Part shown: positions 1 through 10,378 of the stretch, one piece after another
How positions within the stretch are numbered: position 1 is the first letter of the stretch
How the letters are laid out: the number at the start of each line of letters is the position of its first letter
Origin: Candidatus Cloacimonadales bacterium
GTDB taxonomy: Bacteria; Cloacimonadota; Cloacimonadia; Cloacimonadales; JAFGVF01
DNA: 64,000 nt
Reading direction: 5' to 3'
Assembly: GCA_963667035.1 (NCBI GenBank)
Contig: OY762964.1
Location: 2,688,001-2,752,000 of the forward strand
The notes under the pieces: model-generated
What the model was told of the DNA's origin: nothing
What the model saw: the letters and a program-made list of their open reading frames with translations, nothing else
Database searches by the model: none
Program-made: the position numbers and the translations under genes

Positions 1-154
1 TTAGGGAAATTAATAGCAAAATTTATCATCAATTACATGATTTTCAACTCCAATTTACACGAAAATAGAGCTAAATCTCGCATGTTTAGGTTTGGGCTCA
101 GTTAAAATGAAGAAAAATGACTTTCAACAATATATCCATGTAAATTAGAATGTT

Positions 155-168
155 TTTGTCAACAGTCT
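155..168. mobile_element. Possible terminal inverted-repeat end of an IS (IS1182/IS5-like) abutting a terminator
   Basis: TTTGTCAACAGTCT resembles IS1182/IS5-type ends as I recall them and lies 1 bp from a terminator hairpin. The partner IR and transposase would be outside the window. Confidence 0.3.
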
Positions 169-169
169 G

Positions 170-197
170 AGGCTAAAGCTTAACTGCTTTAGCCTTT
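170..197. terminator. Stem-loop downstream of the C25 peptidase gene
   Basis: AGGCTAAAGC-ttaact-GCTTTAGCCT is a perfect 10-bp stem with a T-run on the + strand, about 20 bp past the stop at 218. Confidence 0.65.
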
Positions 198-217
198 TCT
201 CTTTCAACACAATTCAT

Positions 218-3200
218 CTATCTTCTTAATCTGAAAATGCTATTGTTCCTTTTAGTAACTTCTTCTTTAACTGCAGCTACTCGATAGTATTTAACTTTAT
301 CAGACACTGAAACACTCCAACTATTAGTTGTTACTGTTACATAAGTTGCTTCAATAAAATCCTCTGTGCCTGAGAAATATACTTTGTATCCTGTAGCGGA
401 AGGTATTACTGTCCATGATAATACAAGTATATCTTCCTCAATATTAAGAGTAAGGTTTTGGGGTATAGGTATTGTAGTGATTGCATTAAGGATTTGTGGT
501 TGAGATGCATTTCCAATAACTACACCGGGAACTATTGTTACTGTGTTCTCAATATCATATATCTCGTCACTAGATGTATCATAGATTTGGAAATTAACTA
601 TCTCGGATGTGCCTGAAGTTTGGATTAGGAGAGTGGTATAAGCGTTATTTCTTGATACAAGCGTAATCTCTCCATAGCCTCTACATTCTTCGTCAACAAA
701 AGCCCCGATTTCATCACCTGTGGATGCAGGAATGCCATCAATGTTCACTTCACAATACACGGTAGCAGTATTATTGGGATATATTGCCACTTCTTCATTC
801 CAAGATGGATTATTCTGTGATTCAATAACAGTTAGAGTAACAGGAATTGTGATTGAACTCTCATCGATGTCATTGCTGGTAAGTAATATGTTCTTGTTGT
901 AGTTTCCTACTTCTAGACCTGTGGTATTGACTTCAATATTTATCTGGTAGTTACTTCTTGGAGTGATTGTTCCTGACACTGATGAGCCATTATCTATCGT
1001 TAACCAGTCGGTTACGCCACCTGTCGCTGTAATAACGACATTATCCATAGCCCAAAACCAATCATATTCGGCATCATAGTATCTAAATCTAACTTTTAGG
1101 CTATTGTTTGCATATTCTGATATATCAATAGATTGATGATCAGGGGTAGACCAAGCTCCATAATCTGCTGAACTCATAGCAAGTACATTTACCCATTCGG
1201 TTCCATTCCATACATCTACATCCGCTTTTTCTTCTCCACCTGAACTATAATAATTGTAATACTGATCAAAATCCAGATAAAGAGATTGAGCTCCCGAGCA
1301 TGGAATAGTGGGTGTAATGAGTTCATCATCAAAGTTAACACCTGCTCCTGCTTGATCACTATCAATAAACATGAAACCGGTATCGTCAATTGAGTTACTA
1401 TTGTAATCTGTACGATTCACCCATGTATAACCTGTACCTGCACCATCAATGATTTGCCAGTCTGAAGGTAAGCCTGAATCAAAGTTCTCATCAAGCAAAA
1501 CTCCGGAATTAGCTTGTATTGCTATGAAGTAGCTTAAGTCTTCTCCTCCAACATTAGTAATCGTTAGTGATTGATTCTCAATATTGTTAGTAAGCGACGA
1601 GAAGTATAAGCTTTCCGGATTGATTTCGATATCAGCAGGAGTATAACCTGTTCCGGTTACAGGAATATTAAGAGTAGGGTTTGAGATGTCATTATTTGAA
1701 ATTACAATACTTCCGTTATAAATGTTATCTCCTAATGGAGAGAAAGTTATCTCATACATAACACTATTTCCGGAACTAATATCAAAATTTAAACTGTTAC
1801 GAATAAACTGTTTTGTAACTATTGATGCACTATAACATGCTGGAGTTACCAGAGTTCCAATTAAATTGTTATTACCTTGATTGCTTATTGTTAGAGTTCT
1901 TACTTTGTTACCGTTTATAGGTGTTGAACCAAAATCAAATTCTGTATTATCTATCGAAATAACAGGTACTTGGGCAGATGAATAGTTTAATGTACAAGGA
2001 ATAGTTAAAACGCTTTCATCTGGGTCATTACTAGTAATAACCAGATTCATATTATAAACGCCATAATCAAGGTTATTCGTGTCAAAACTGACTGTTAAAT
2101 CATCACCGGCTCCCGGGGCAATCGTACCACTCGTTGATGAGCAACTAATCCAGGGGTTACCGGTCGAGTTCTGTATTAATACTGCTAAGCCGTTACTGGT
2201 GTATCCGCTTGCTGCAATTTGAAGTCCGTCTGTTCCATCATAATTCTCAATTCCTATATGATGATCTGTTTGAGTTCCAACACTTTCATATTGGAATAGA
2301 ATACTGCCGTTAGGATAGAGAACTACTTCAAATGTAACCGGATCTGTAGGGGTAGATGAATCCCAATGAGATACATTCTCATACTGTACGACGTAGTTTC
2401 CATTGATAGTCTGTGAATATACAGTTCCCCAAATTGTTCCCGTAGGTTTTAGATCATTCCATAAAGGGCAAATAATATTATTAGGAAACTCACTATTGGG
2501 GATATGGGTGTCTTCATAATTTGTTGTACCTGTACCAAATGAGAGCAATCCGTTAGAACCAACATAGATTGAGTTATAGGTGTTTCCATAGAATTCAAAA
2601 CTAAATGGGAGAGTCTCTTCCGTATAATCATCATCATTTAAAGAAAGAGCAGTTCCTGTAGTAGATATATCAATCCAAGAATAGACCGGTCCATTCATTT
2701 CATTACTATCAATCCAGGAATATCCGAAAGTATCAGGTCCTCCGGCTCCACGAGTAGTATTCTCCAGACTAACATTGTATGTCAGATCATAATTACCATT
2801 ATTAGCAATATGGAAAGTTCTATTTGTTATGGTTTCTATAAGGCTATCAACAGTAATAGAAGTAGGCGTAACATCTATATCAGGAGTTACACCATAGCCG
2901 GAAACGGATATATAATTACTCTGATTATTTACGTCGTTTGAAGTTATGGTGATATTACCATTATATGCTACGGCATTTAATGGTGTAAACTCTACGTCGA
3001 AACTTGTAGATTCACCGGGATTAACGTTATAGTTTAATGTATTTCTTTCTTGAGTTTGTAAATAATGTTTATCAGAGGAAGATACCTTCTTTGTTTTTTT
3101 ACGACTTAGAATATTCGTATCTCTGTCATGATTACTGATAACATAAGCATAAGGCGTTATAATAGTTCCGGAAAGAATTGCTCCCCCTGAGTTACTAATA

Positions 3201-6200
3201 GTGATAGTTTCGGTTTCAGTATTACCTATAATGATATTACCGAAGTCAATGGAGTTAGTATCTATAGAGAATATTGGCTCAGAGGAAAGTCCTACACTTA
3301 TTGATACCGGTACAGTTATTATCGGATTATTCGGGTCATTTGTTGCAATTTTAATATCTTTCTGATACAATCCTTCTGAAAGACCGGTCATATCAAAACT
3401 TACATTCAGAGTGTCTGCTGAGTTACTTGAAATTAAACCACTAATAGGTGAAACTGCTAGCCACTCAGGAATAGCTTCACTATTAGTAAATTCGACTACA
3501 TAGTTATCTGTTATAGTAACACCGGCATTTCCTGATGCAACGGTTAATCCGTCAGTTCCATCTGAATTCTCAATACCAATTGTTTCCGAGCTTAAGTCTA
3601 AAGAAGAACCAACATAATCGTATTGAATTCTTATTTTACCGTTTTCAAAAAGAATAACTTGTGCTTGGATACAATCATCCGGGGTCGAAGTACCGTCATA
3701 TTCCATGTAATCCTGGAAGCTTATTATGAAAGCATTCATTCCGTTTACAAGCTGATTTTGGTAGTAAACATGACCAACATAATTGCTTTCAGTAGGATTC
3801 ATATCATCCCAAAACCAGGCAATCATGTTATTAGGCTCACTAGAATTTGGTAATGATACGTTTGCTAAAGATGTTGAACCTGACCCAAAAGTAATGTGTC
3901 CGTTAGAATTTACATACAATGAATTATAAGTATTCTCATAGAAAGGAAAGCTAAATCCTATAGGTATTTCCGAACCTGCACTATCATCGTCTAGTCCAAC
4001 AATTTCATTTGCAGTATTGGGAGTAATCCATAAGAAATCAGGACCATCAGGTTCATTACTATCTTGCCACGTATATCCGTAATTATCAGGTCCACCTGAG
4101 TTTCTTGTGTGATCTACAATATTGACTGAATAAGTCATTTCAAGATTACCTGAGTTAAACAGTACAAGATTTCTTGATGCTGTTTGCCCAATATTCATAC
4201 TACCATCCATAGATGTAGGATTGACACTTGCCTCAATTGTGGATCCACATCCTGAGACGGGTAACAGATATGTCGAAGTATCTAAATCATTAGAATTAAT
4301 GGTAATATCATAATTGTAACAGGAAGAGGATGTAGGAGCAAAAATAACTCTAAAGTCTTTTGAAGATCCTGATAAGATTGTGTAGCTAACAGTATTTCTT
4401 TTGGCTTTTGTAACTAAATGCTCCTTAGAACGTGTTGTAATCTCTTGTACCGAATATCCGGAAGGTGTAACTATTGAACCGGAAAGGGTCAATGTACCTG
4501 TATTTGAGATTGTAAAAGTTTCTTCATTTGTAGCTCCAATGGCTACATTACCAAAGTCTAATGAAGTTGGTGATACACTAATCTCAGGCTCAGGAACAAC
4601 AATCTGACAAGGAGGGAAAACAATGTTATCAACCCAAGCACAATCCGAACCATCAGATTCAGAACTGTCTTTTTCATAAGCCCATTTAAATGTATGATTA
4701 CCAACTGTTACAGGATATGATACTTGAGTCCAAGAAGCTATTCCTGCCCATTGACCTTGCCTGACATCATCAATATAAAATCTCAGATAGTCATATCCTG
4801 ATTCGGAAGAGACATTATAATAGAAAGATATATTATCTGCAGAAGTAACATCTACATCAATTGAAAACTCTGAACTCTCTGAATGGTCTATTGTACCACT
4901 CTGAGCACTATAGTTTCCTTCATAAGCTGATGTTGAAATTGTCCAGTCTGCTTCACCACTCATCATCCAAGTTAAGTTGTCAAAGTTTCCGGATTCAAAA
5001 TCTTCTTGAACAATACCTATAGCTAGAGTAAAATTATCACTATTGCTGTAACCTGTACCATTAATGGTAAGTGTGAAAATAGCATTATCGCCTATCTGAG
5101 CTAATGAACTGACAGTTACCGGAAAGCTAATCGTTGAAGATTCACCTGCTTCGACAGTTGTGACTTCTGTATCATCATTTATCGAGATATTGCTATAATT
5201 AGTGTTCAGTACGAAACTAAAGCTACCGGCGTCGGCTCCTCCACTGTTAAGTATGGATAACTGCAAGACAGTGCTCTCATTTGGATCAAGATTTCCATTT
5301 GCTCCATCATTTACTATTACTCTACTTACACTCAAATCAGGAGCATAGGACATGAGAGTAATTGTACTTTCCCATGTCTCTCCACTTCCGGTGATAGTTG
5401 TATTCAAAACAATTGTATGATTATCAGGGCAATTAGGTGATACATTAAAAGCAATGCAATTAGAGGATGAAACTGTTGCCCCGGAAGCAATCGTACCAAA
5501 AGATTGATTGCTATCAATAAGAGATATATAGCTATCAGACTCATTTACATTTAATACAACAGAACTTGCTGAGGATGTTCCAACATTTTCAAGATTAATA
5601 GTAAGATATACTGTTTCTCCACTAGCAATAATATTGTCATCACCCGCACTTACAATTACATCTTCTATAGAAATATAAGGACCTGAGAGAGGTTGAATAG
5701 GAAGAGTTGTAACAACAGGTTGTCTTTGTGGTTTCGTAATAACCAAATCTGCAGTGCCTGTTACACTAAAAGCTACTATAGGAACATCAACAGTCCCTGT
5801 GGAACCTACAAGAGCTGCTCCATGAAGCTCGCCATTTTGGGATATGGCTACATAAGATCCCGGCTCTGCGTTAACAGTGAAAGTATTAGCACTTATCGGA
5901 ATGAAAGCATTAGTACTGTATGTATTAACTGTACCTTGACTCCAATACGGAACTATTGAAGGGTCTCCAAAAAGCATATATGCTTGCCAGTAATAGATAT
6001 CACTTGAATGGGTTGGGAAGTTTTGGGCATGAACTTCAGTAACCGCAAGGTTACCCAGATATTTAGTTGCGTCTGTAGTGACGTAATCTGTCATGAAAGG
6101 TCCGTCATAAGCACCCCAACTTGTTTCATCATAGGTTGGAACATAACCGTTGTTATCTCCTGAAATCGGGAATGCTCCAACTGACCAATAGAAATCTTCA

Positions 6201-7738
6201 AACCAATATGTATTAGGAGCGGAACCAATATATGAATAAGCTCCTTTATTGCCGACTCTTATAAACTGTTCAGCGAAACAAGTACCTACTTCTGCATACT
6301 GACCGGTAACACAGCAGTTACCAATAGCAAATGGATACTTGCCTGTATTCGTCATGCTACTTATATTAGATGTGGAAAAAGAAGGACCTGACCAACTGGT
6401 TGTAGAACCATGTGCTGTGTAATTAATAAAGCCCACTCCACTGTTCATAGTATCATAACAACCGGAATATGATGTAAGATAATCATATACATTTGCATAT
6501 CCGTGGGCAGAATTGAAATACTGATTCATTCCGTATTGTATGGTTGCTTGAGCTACATTGGGATTCCAAGTGCTATCCTCACCGGCTATCAAGGTTACAT
6601 TATCAAGATACGAAGGTGAGGTAAACTGATATTGTTCGTAATAAAGGGTTTTATCTATGATGTTTTGGAGTTCGGTTGTTGTTGTTACTGACCAACGACC
6701 GTAGTATATATCAGGTATATAATCAGAGCCCCCATCATAACAGTAATAGTATAAGTCAGTACCTTTGTTACTATTGGAGCCTGTTCCATATTCTGTAACT
6801 TGAGCAACATCACCTACTATAAGAGCAAATGATGGTGCCGGATTGGTTGGAGTTGCATTATCGTAGTAGCTTTGTAGCCAATTCTTGATTTCTGTAGCAG
6901 AACTACCTATTGTGTCAGTATAATCGGCAATGACTTCAAATCCTTTCTTAGTTTTCCATTCTATGAATTGTTGTAGGGTATTCTCAAACATTCGATTTGC
7001 TACGATAAGGTATTTAATGGGGTATCTTCTCATATCCGGATTAGAAGGATAATCATGATTGGGGTATGTTCGATTTACTCTGTTATAAATAACCTCATAA
7101 TACGGAGAATAAGCTTTATCTTTATTGTATTCTGTTAGAGTCATATTGCTACCGGATAACTCAATATTGAATTCAATGTCATTTATAACTTGTATAGTAT
7201 TGGAAACAGGATTATACTTAACCGGATTGATCACAAGCCGGGCAATTCTGACACCTCTCATTATTCCTACTTCTTCAAGTGAGACAAGTTTTTCAGTATT
7301 ATAGTTGTCATCATTATAAATAGCATTATTAATCTCAAAAGGAATGTCATTAACATCTACATTCTTTGCAATTGACGGTTGAACAGGGTAAAGCTTTTCC
7401 CCTTCAAGCTTTATCTTATTTGTTGTATAACTCTTAATCTTAATTGAATACTTTGCTTCCCAAGGTATTTCAATCAACTTCTTCCTAACTGGTAAACCCG
7501 GATTCCCAACTTTACCATCTATAACAGTATTGGAAATGATAAGTTGTGAGTAATCTCCATTATCGGTTTTCAAATCTGTAACATCAATTTTACTAATCCC
7601 ATAAGTATAGCTAATCTCACTAAGGGAAGAACGCACTAATAGTAAATCTTCATTATCAGTATTAAGTTGGATTGGATTAGCATTAAGTAATGCCGTTAAT
7701 CCTAATAATAGTAGTACTACTAACCCCACTCTTTTCAT
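218..7738 (-). CDS. Gingipain-like (peptidase family C25, Kgp-like) secreted multidomain cysteine protease, 2506 aa
   Basis: Signal peptide and C25 propeptide (GxPxLP...LI.IP). Catalytic motifs NYTAHGS (His443) and GNCC (Cys475/476), plus SYIGSAPNTYWFEDFYWSVGA. Followed by repeated Ig-like, GGPD-type and adhesin-like modules. Confidence 0.9.
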   Translation of the reverse strand: MKRVGLVVLLLLGLTALLNANPIQLNTDNEDLLLVRSSLSEISYTYGISKIDVTDLKTDNGDYSQLIISNTVIDGKVGNPGLPVRKKLIEIPWEAKYSIKIKSYTTNKIKLEGEKLYPVQPSIAKNVDVNDIPFEINNAIYNDDNYNTEKLVSLEEVGIMRGVRIARLVINPVKYNPVSNTIQVINDIEFNIELSGSNMTLTEYNKDKAYSPYYEVIYNRVNRTYPNHDYPSNPDMRRYPIKYLIVANRMFENTLQQFIEWKTKKGFEVIADYTDTIGSSATEIKNWLQSYYDNATPTNPAPSFALIVGDVAQVTEYGTGSNSNKGTDLYYYCYDGGSDYIPDIYYGRWSVTTTTELQNIIDKTLYYEQYQFTSPSYLDNVTLIAGEDSTWNPNVAQATIQYGMNQYFNSAHGYANVYDYLTSYSGCYDTMNSGVGFINYTAHGSTTSWSGPSFSTSNISSMTNTGKYPFAIGNCCVTGQYAEVGTCFAEQFIRVGNKGAYSYIGSAPNTYWFEDFYWSVGAFPISGDNNGYVPTYDETSWGAYDGPFMTDYVTTDATKYLGNLAVTEVHAQNFPTHSSDIYYWQAYMLFGDPSIVPYWSQGTVNTYSTNAFIPISANTFTVNAEPGSYVAISQNGELHGAALVGSTGTVDVPIVAFSVTGTADLVITKPQRQPVVTTLPIQPLSGPYISIEDVIVSAGDDNIIASGETVYLTINLENVGTSSASSVVLNVNESDSYISLIDSNQSFGTIASGATVSSSNCIAFNVSPNCPDNHTIVLNTTITGSGETWESTITLMSYAPDLSVSRVIVNDGANGNLDPNESTVLQLSILNSGGADAGSFSFVLNTNYSNISINDDTEVTTVEAGESSTISFPVTVSSLAQIGDNAIFTLTINGTGYSNSDNFTLAIGIVQEDFESGNFDNLTWMMSGEADWTISTSAYEGNYSAQSGTIDHSESSEFSIDVDVTSADNISFYYNVSSESGYDYLRFYIDDVRQGQWAGIASWTQVSYPVTVGNHTFKWAYEKDSSESDGSDCAWVDNIVFPPCQIVVPEPEISVSPTSLDFGNVAIGATNEETFTISNTGTLTLSGSIVTPSGYSVQEITTRSKEHLVTKAKRNTVSYTILSGSSKDFRVIFAPTSSSCYNYDITINSNDLDTSTYLLPVSGCGSTIEASVNPTSMDGSMNIGQTASRNLVLFNSGNLEMTYSVNIVDHTRNSGGPDNYGYTWQDSNEPDGPDFLWITPNTANEIVGLDDDSAGSEIPIGFSFPFYENTYNSLYVNSNGHITFGSGSTSLANVSLPNSSEPNNMIAWFWDDMNPTESNYVGHVYYQNQLVNGMNAFIISFQDYMEYDGTSTPDDCIQAQVILFENGKIRIQYDYVGSSLDLSSETIGIENSDGTDGLTVASGNAGVTITDNYVVEFTNSEAIPEWLAVSPISGLISSNSADTLNVSFDMTGLSEGLYQKDIKIATNDPNNPIITVPVSISVGLSSEPIFSIDTNSIDFGNIIIGNTETETITISNSGGAILSGTIITPYAYVISNHDRDTNILSRKKTKKVSSSDKHYLQTQERNTLNYNVNPGESTSFDVEFTPLNAVAYNGNITITSNDVNNQSNYISVSGYGVTPDIDVTPTSITVDSLIETITNRTFHIANNGNYDLTYNVSLENTTRGAGGPDTFGYSWIDSNEMNGPVYSWIDISTTGTALSLNDDDYTEETLPFSFEFYGNTYNSIYVGSNGLLSFGTGTTNYEDTHIPNSEFPNNIICPLWNDLKPTGTIWGTVYSQTINGNYVVQYENVSHWDSSTPTDPVTFEVVLYPNGSILFQYESVGTQTDHHIGIENYDGTDGLQIAASGYTSNGLAVLIQNSTGNPWISCSSTSGTIAPGAGDDLTVSFDTNNLDYGVYNMNLVITSNDPDESVLTIPCTLNYSSAQVPVISIDNTEFDFGSTPINGNKVRTLTISNQGNNNLIGTLVTPACYSASIVTKQFIRNSLNFDISSGNSVMYEITFSPLGDNIYNGSIVISNNDISNPTLNIPVTGTGYTPADIEINPESLYFSSLTNNIENQSLTITNVGGEDLSYFIAIQANSGVLLDENFDSGLPSDWQIIDGAGTGYTWVNRTDYNSNSIDDTGFMFIDSDQAGAGVNFDDELITPTIPCSGAQSLYLDFDQYYNYYSSGGEEKADVDVWNGTEWVNVLAMSSADYGAWSTPDHQSIDISEYANNSLKVRFRYYDAEYDWFWAMDNVVITATGGVTDWLTIDNGSSVSGTITPRSNYQINIEVNTTGLEVGNYNKNILLTSNDIDESSITIPVTLTVIESQNNPSWNEEVAIYPNNTATVYCEVNIDGIPASTGDEIGAFVDEECRGYGEITLVSRNNAYTTLLIQTSGTSEIVNFQIYDTSSDEIYDIENTVTIVPGVVIGNASQPQILNAITTIPIPQNLTLNIEEDILVLSWTVIPSATGYKVYFSGTEDFIEATYVTVTTNSWSVSVSDKVKYYRVAAVKEEVTKRNNSIFRLRR

Positions 7739-8052
7739 TTAATGTCTCCTTCAATATCATAAATCAGTTTGTAACTTCATTGATGATAGCATTTTGCTAA
7801 TAACTGTTATCAATGCAAGAAAAATATCTTTTCTCCAACTCATTTTGTATCATTAACATGAATATGTGATAGCTCTTTATACTATCATTATATCAGTTTT
7901 AGTAACATAGAGACATTTTATTGTTTTATTTAACTTTGTATTAACGAGATATTAATATGAAGAGTCGGGTAAGAATTATCTTGCCGTGAATCAAACTCAT
8001 AAATTTATTGTTCCTCATTAAAGGGCTTAAATAAAAACAATAAGGAGCATTC

Positions 8053-10368
8053 ATGAAGAAAATAATCCTAATGCTTGCTTTAGCTACATGGGGAATACTA
8101 TACTCAGCTATAGTAAGCGGATATATTTATGATGCGGCAACAGGAGAACCGATTAGATATGCCAATATAATGGTTCGTAAGTCAAGTATGGGAACTCAGA
8201 CTAATAGGCAAGGCTACTTTTCTTTATCCTTTGCCAATAGAGGTAAGAGAGTTTTACAATTCACACAGATTTCTTATAAAACAGTATTACAAGAGATTAA
8301 TATTGATGATAAAGATAAGGATATTGAACTGAGAATTGAGATGGAGAAGAGTTCTGTGAAAGTAGATGGCATTCAAGTTATAGGTGAGATAACAACTGAA
8401 GTTAATACAAGGGAAATAAAGGTTGGTACAATCTTTACTCCGGCCCAAGAGTTGGCATCTTTACCACAAGTAGCTGAATCAGACCTCATGCGTTCATTAA
8501 TGGCATTACCGGGTGTAACTCCGGTATCAGATTTCTCTAATGGAATGTATGTAAGGGGTGGATCACCCGACCAAAATCTTATCAAGCTTGATGACACTGA
8601 TATCTATAATCCCGCTCATTTTGGCGGTGTTTTCAGTACTTTCAATACGGATGCGATAGATACCGTGGAGTTAATGAAGGGAGGATATCCTTCTTATTAT
8701 GGTGGAAGATTATCCTCAGTTCTAAACATTACTAACAGAGATGGTAATCGTAAAGATTTCACAGGAACTTTGAAACTAAGTATGATTAGTGCAAGTACTA
8801 CTTTAGAGGGTCCTTGGAGGATTGGTAAGCTTAAAGGGTCATGGATGGGTTCTTTTAGAAGAACTTATATTGATGCCTTAAAACCTTTCTATGATGAGAT
8901 TCCTGATTACTATTTCTACGATGGACACGGGAAAGTAAACTTTGACTTGAGTAATAGTAATAAAGCTAGTGTTAGTTTCTACAATGGGAAAGATAATCTG
9001 TTAATGGATATCGGTGGAGACTTTCTTATGTCATGGGGTAATTCCGCTTATACGGGACAGTGGACTCATATTTTTAATCCAGGTGTCTTTGGGCATTTTG
9101 TTCTTTCTCATAGTCATTTCGAGTCTTCTATGGACTATTCAGATGACGGTTCCCTCATATTTCTGAGAAGTAATTACATCGATGATGTAACTTTTAGAGC
9201 TAAGATTAGCCACAGATTCAATGATAAAAACACAGCTGATTACGGGTTCGAATCCAAGTTCATGGATATCTTCTTTGTCACTGATTCGGATGAGCAGTAT
9301 GATGAAGATGGTATGCCATATATTGATAGTAAATCTATTACTAATTCAATTTTCTATCATCATAATTATACAACCGATAACTTCTGGACCTTTGAGCCGG
9401 GAATCCGTTTTAATCATTATAGAAATATGGAGATATCACTTCCAAGCTCAAAATCAAGTGATAACTTCAATATCTCACCAAGATTTTCTATACGTAGACA
9501 ACTTGATTTTAACAGCAATGTTTATTTCAGTACGGGACGTTTTTATCAGTATTTGGCTTTAGCATCTGCGGATGAAAGTTCTCCTCTTGATATATGGTTC
9601 CCGATTGACAATACGGTAAAGCCGGCTGTGTCCAATCATTTTATTCTAGGTTACAAACATCAGATTTCCGATTATTTGGCATTTGAATCAGAGGCTTATT
9701 ACAAGACTTATGATAATTTGCTTGAGTATGATATGGCAACCGATGCAACTTGGGATAACACTATCATGACAATGTCCAATGCTTTCCACGAAGGCAATGG
9801 TGAATCGGTTGGAGTTGATTTACAACTAAGAAACGATTGGAATGGTATTCAAGGTTTTGTTGCTTACACTTTTGGAGTTACCAAAAGGAAGATGGATGGC
9901 TACAATAGCAATCCTTATGATGGTTCATTCCGGAAGTATTATCCAAGATATGATAGAACTAATCAGGTTAACTTAGTTGAAAACCTTAATTATACTCAAT
10001 TAACGGGTAAGGAAGTGTGGGGAGCCGAGTTCAAGTTTGGTATGAATCTATCATACTATACAGGTCAGCCATACAGAGAACCTGAAAGAGTTTTCTCTGA
10101 TGGTGAAAACTACTATTTTCTTAACAGCTATGCCGACAAAGTAAGGCTACCCGACTACTTACGTTTGGATTTGAACTTTAAGCTTAAATGGCAAATGAGA
10201 AGATATAGTCTTGAGCCTTATATTGAGATTATTAATGCTACAAATCATGCTAATACTTGGTATAGAATATATACTGCAGAAGAGAATGATGGAATCTTGA
10301 GTGTTGAGCATGAGGATGTCTCAATGTTTCCTTTCCTTCCATTCTTGGGACTTAACATTGAGTTTTAA
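8053..10368 (+). CDS. TonB-dependent receptor with N-terminal carboxypeptidase-regulatory-like domain
   Basis: Signal peptide; GYIYDAATGEPI prealbumin-like domain; plug motifs LPGV, VRGGSPDQN, YGGRLSSV; C-terminal Phe. RBS AAGGAG. Confidence 0.9.
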   Translation: MKKIILMLALATWGILYSAIVSGYIYDAATGEPIRYANIMVRKSSMGTQTNRQGYFSLSFANRGKRVLQFTQISYKTVLQEINIDDKDKDIELRIEMEKSSVKVDGIQVIGEITTEVNTREIKVGTIFTPAQELASLPQVAESDLMRSLMALPGVTPVSDFSNGMYVRGGSPDQNLIKLDDTDIYNPAHFGGVFSTFNTDAIDTVELMKGGYPSYYGGRLSSVLNITNRDGNRKDFTGTLKLSMISASTTLEGPWRIGKLKGSWMGSFRRTYIDALKPFYDEIPDYYFYDGHGKVNFDLSNSNKASVSFYNGKDNLLMDIGGDFLMSWGNSAYTGQWTHIFNPGVFGHFVLSHSHFESSMDYSDDGSLIFLRSNYIDDVTFRAKISHRFNDKNTADYGFESKFMDIFFVTDSDEQYDEDGMPYIDSKSITNSIFYHHNYTTDNFWTFEPGIRFNHYRNMEISLPSSKSSDNFNISPRFSIRRQLDFNSNVYFSTGRFYQYLALASADESSPLDIWFPIDNTVKPAVSNHFILGYKHQISDYLAFESEAYYKTYDNLLEYDMATDATWDNTIMTMSNAFHEGNGESVGVDLQLRNDWNGIQGFVAYTFGVTKRKMDGYNSNPYDGSFRKYYPRYDRTNQVNLVENLNYTQLTGKEVWGAEFKFGMNLSYYTGQPYREPERVFSDGENYYFLNSYADKVRLPDYLRLDLNFKLKWQMRRYSLEPYIEIINATNHANTWYRIYTAEENDGILSVEHEDVSMFPFLPFLGLNIEF

Positions 10369-10378
10369 GGAGATTTGA

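Noticed and set aside
720..5959. Small ORFs nested in or antisense to long genes, here and throughout the window
   Set aside because: They are shadow ORFs of 60-130 aa with no recognisable motifs, lying inside well-supported genes.
9240..9260. GGTTCGAATCC, a tRNA T-loop-like sequence
   Set aside because: It lies in-frame within the TBDR gene and has no acceptor, D or anticodon stems around it.
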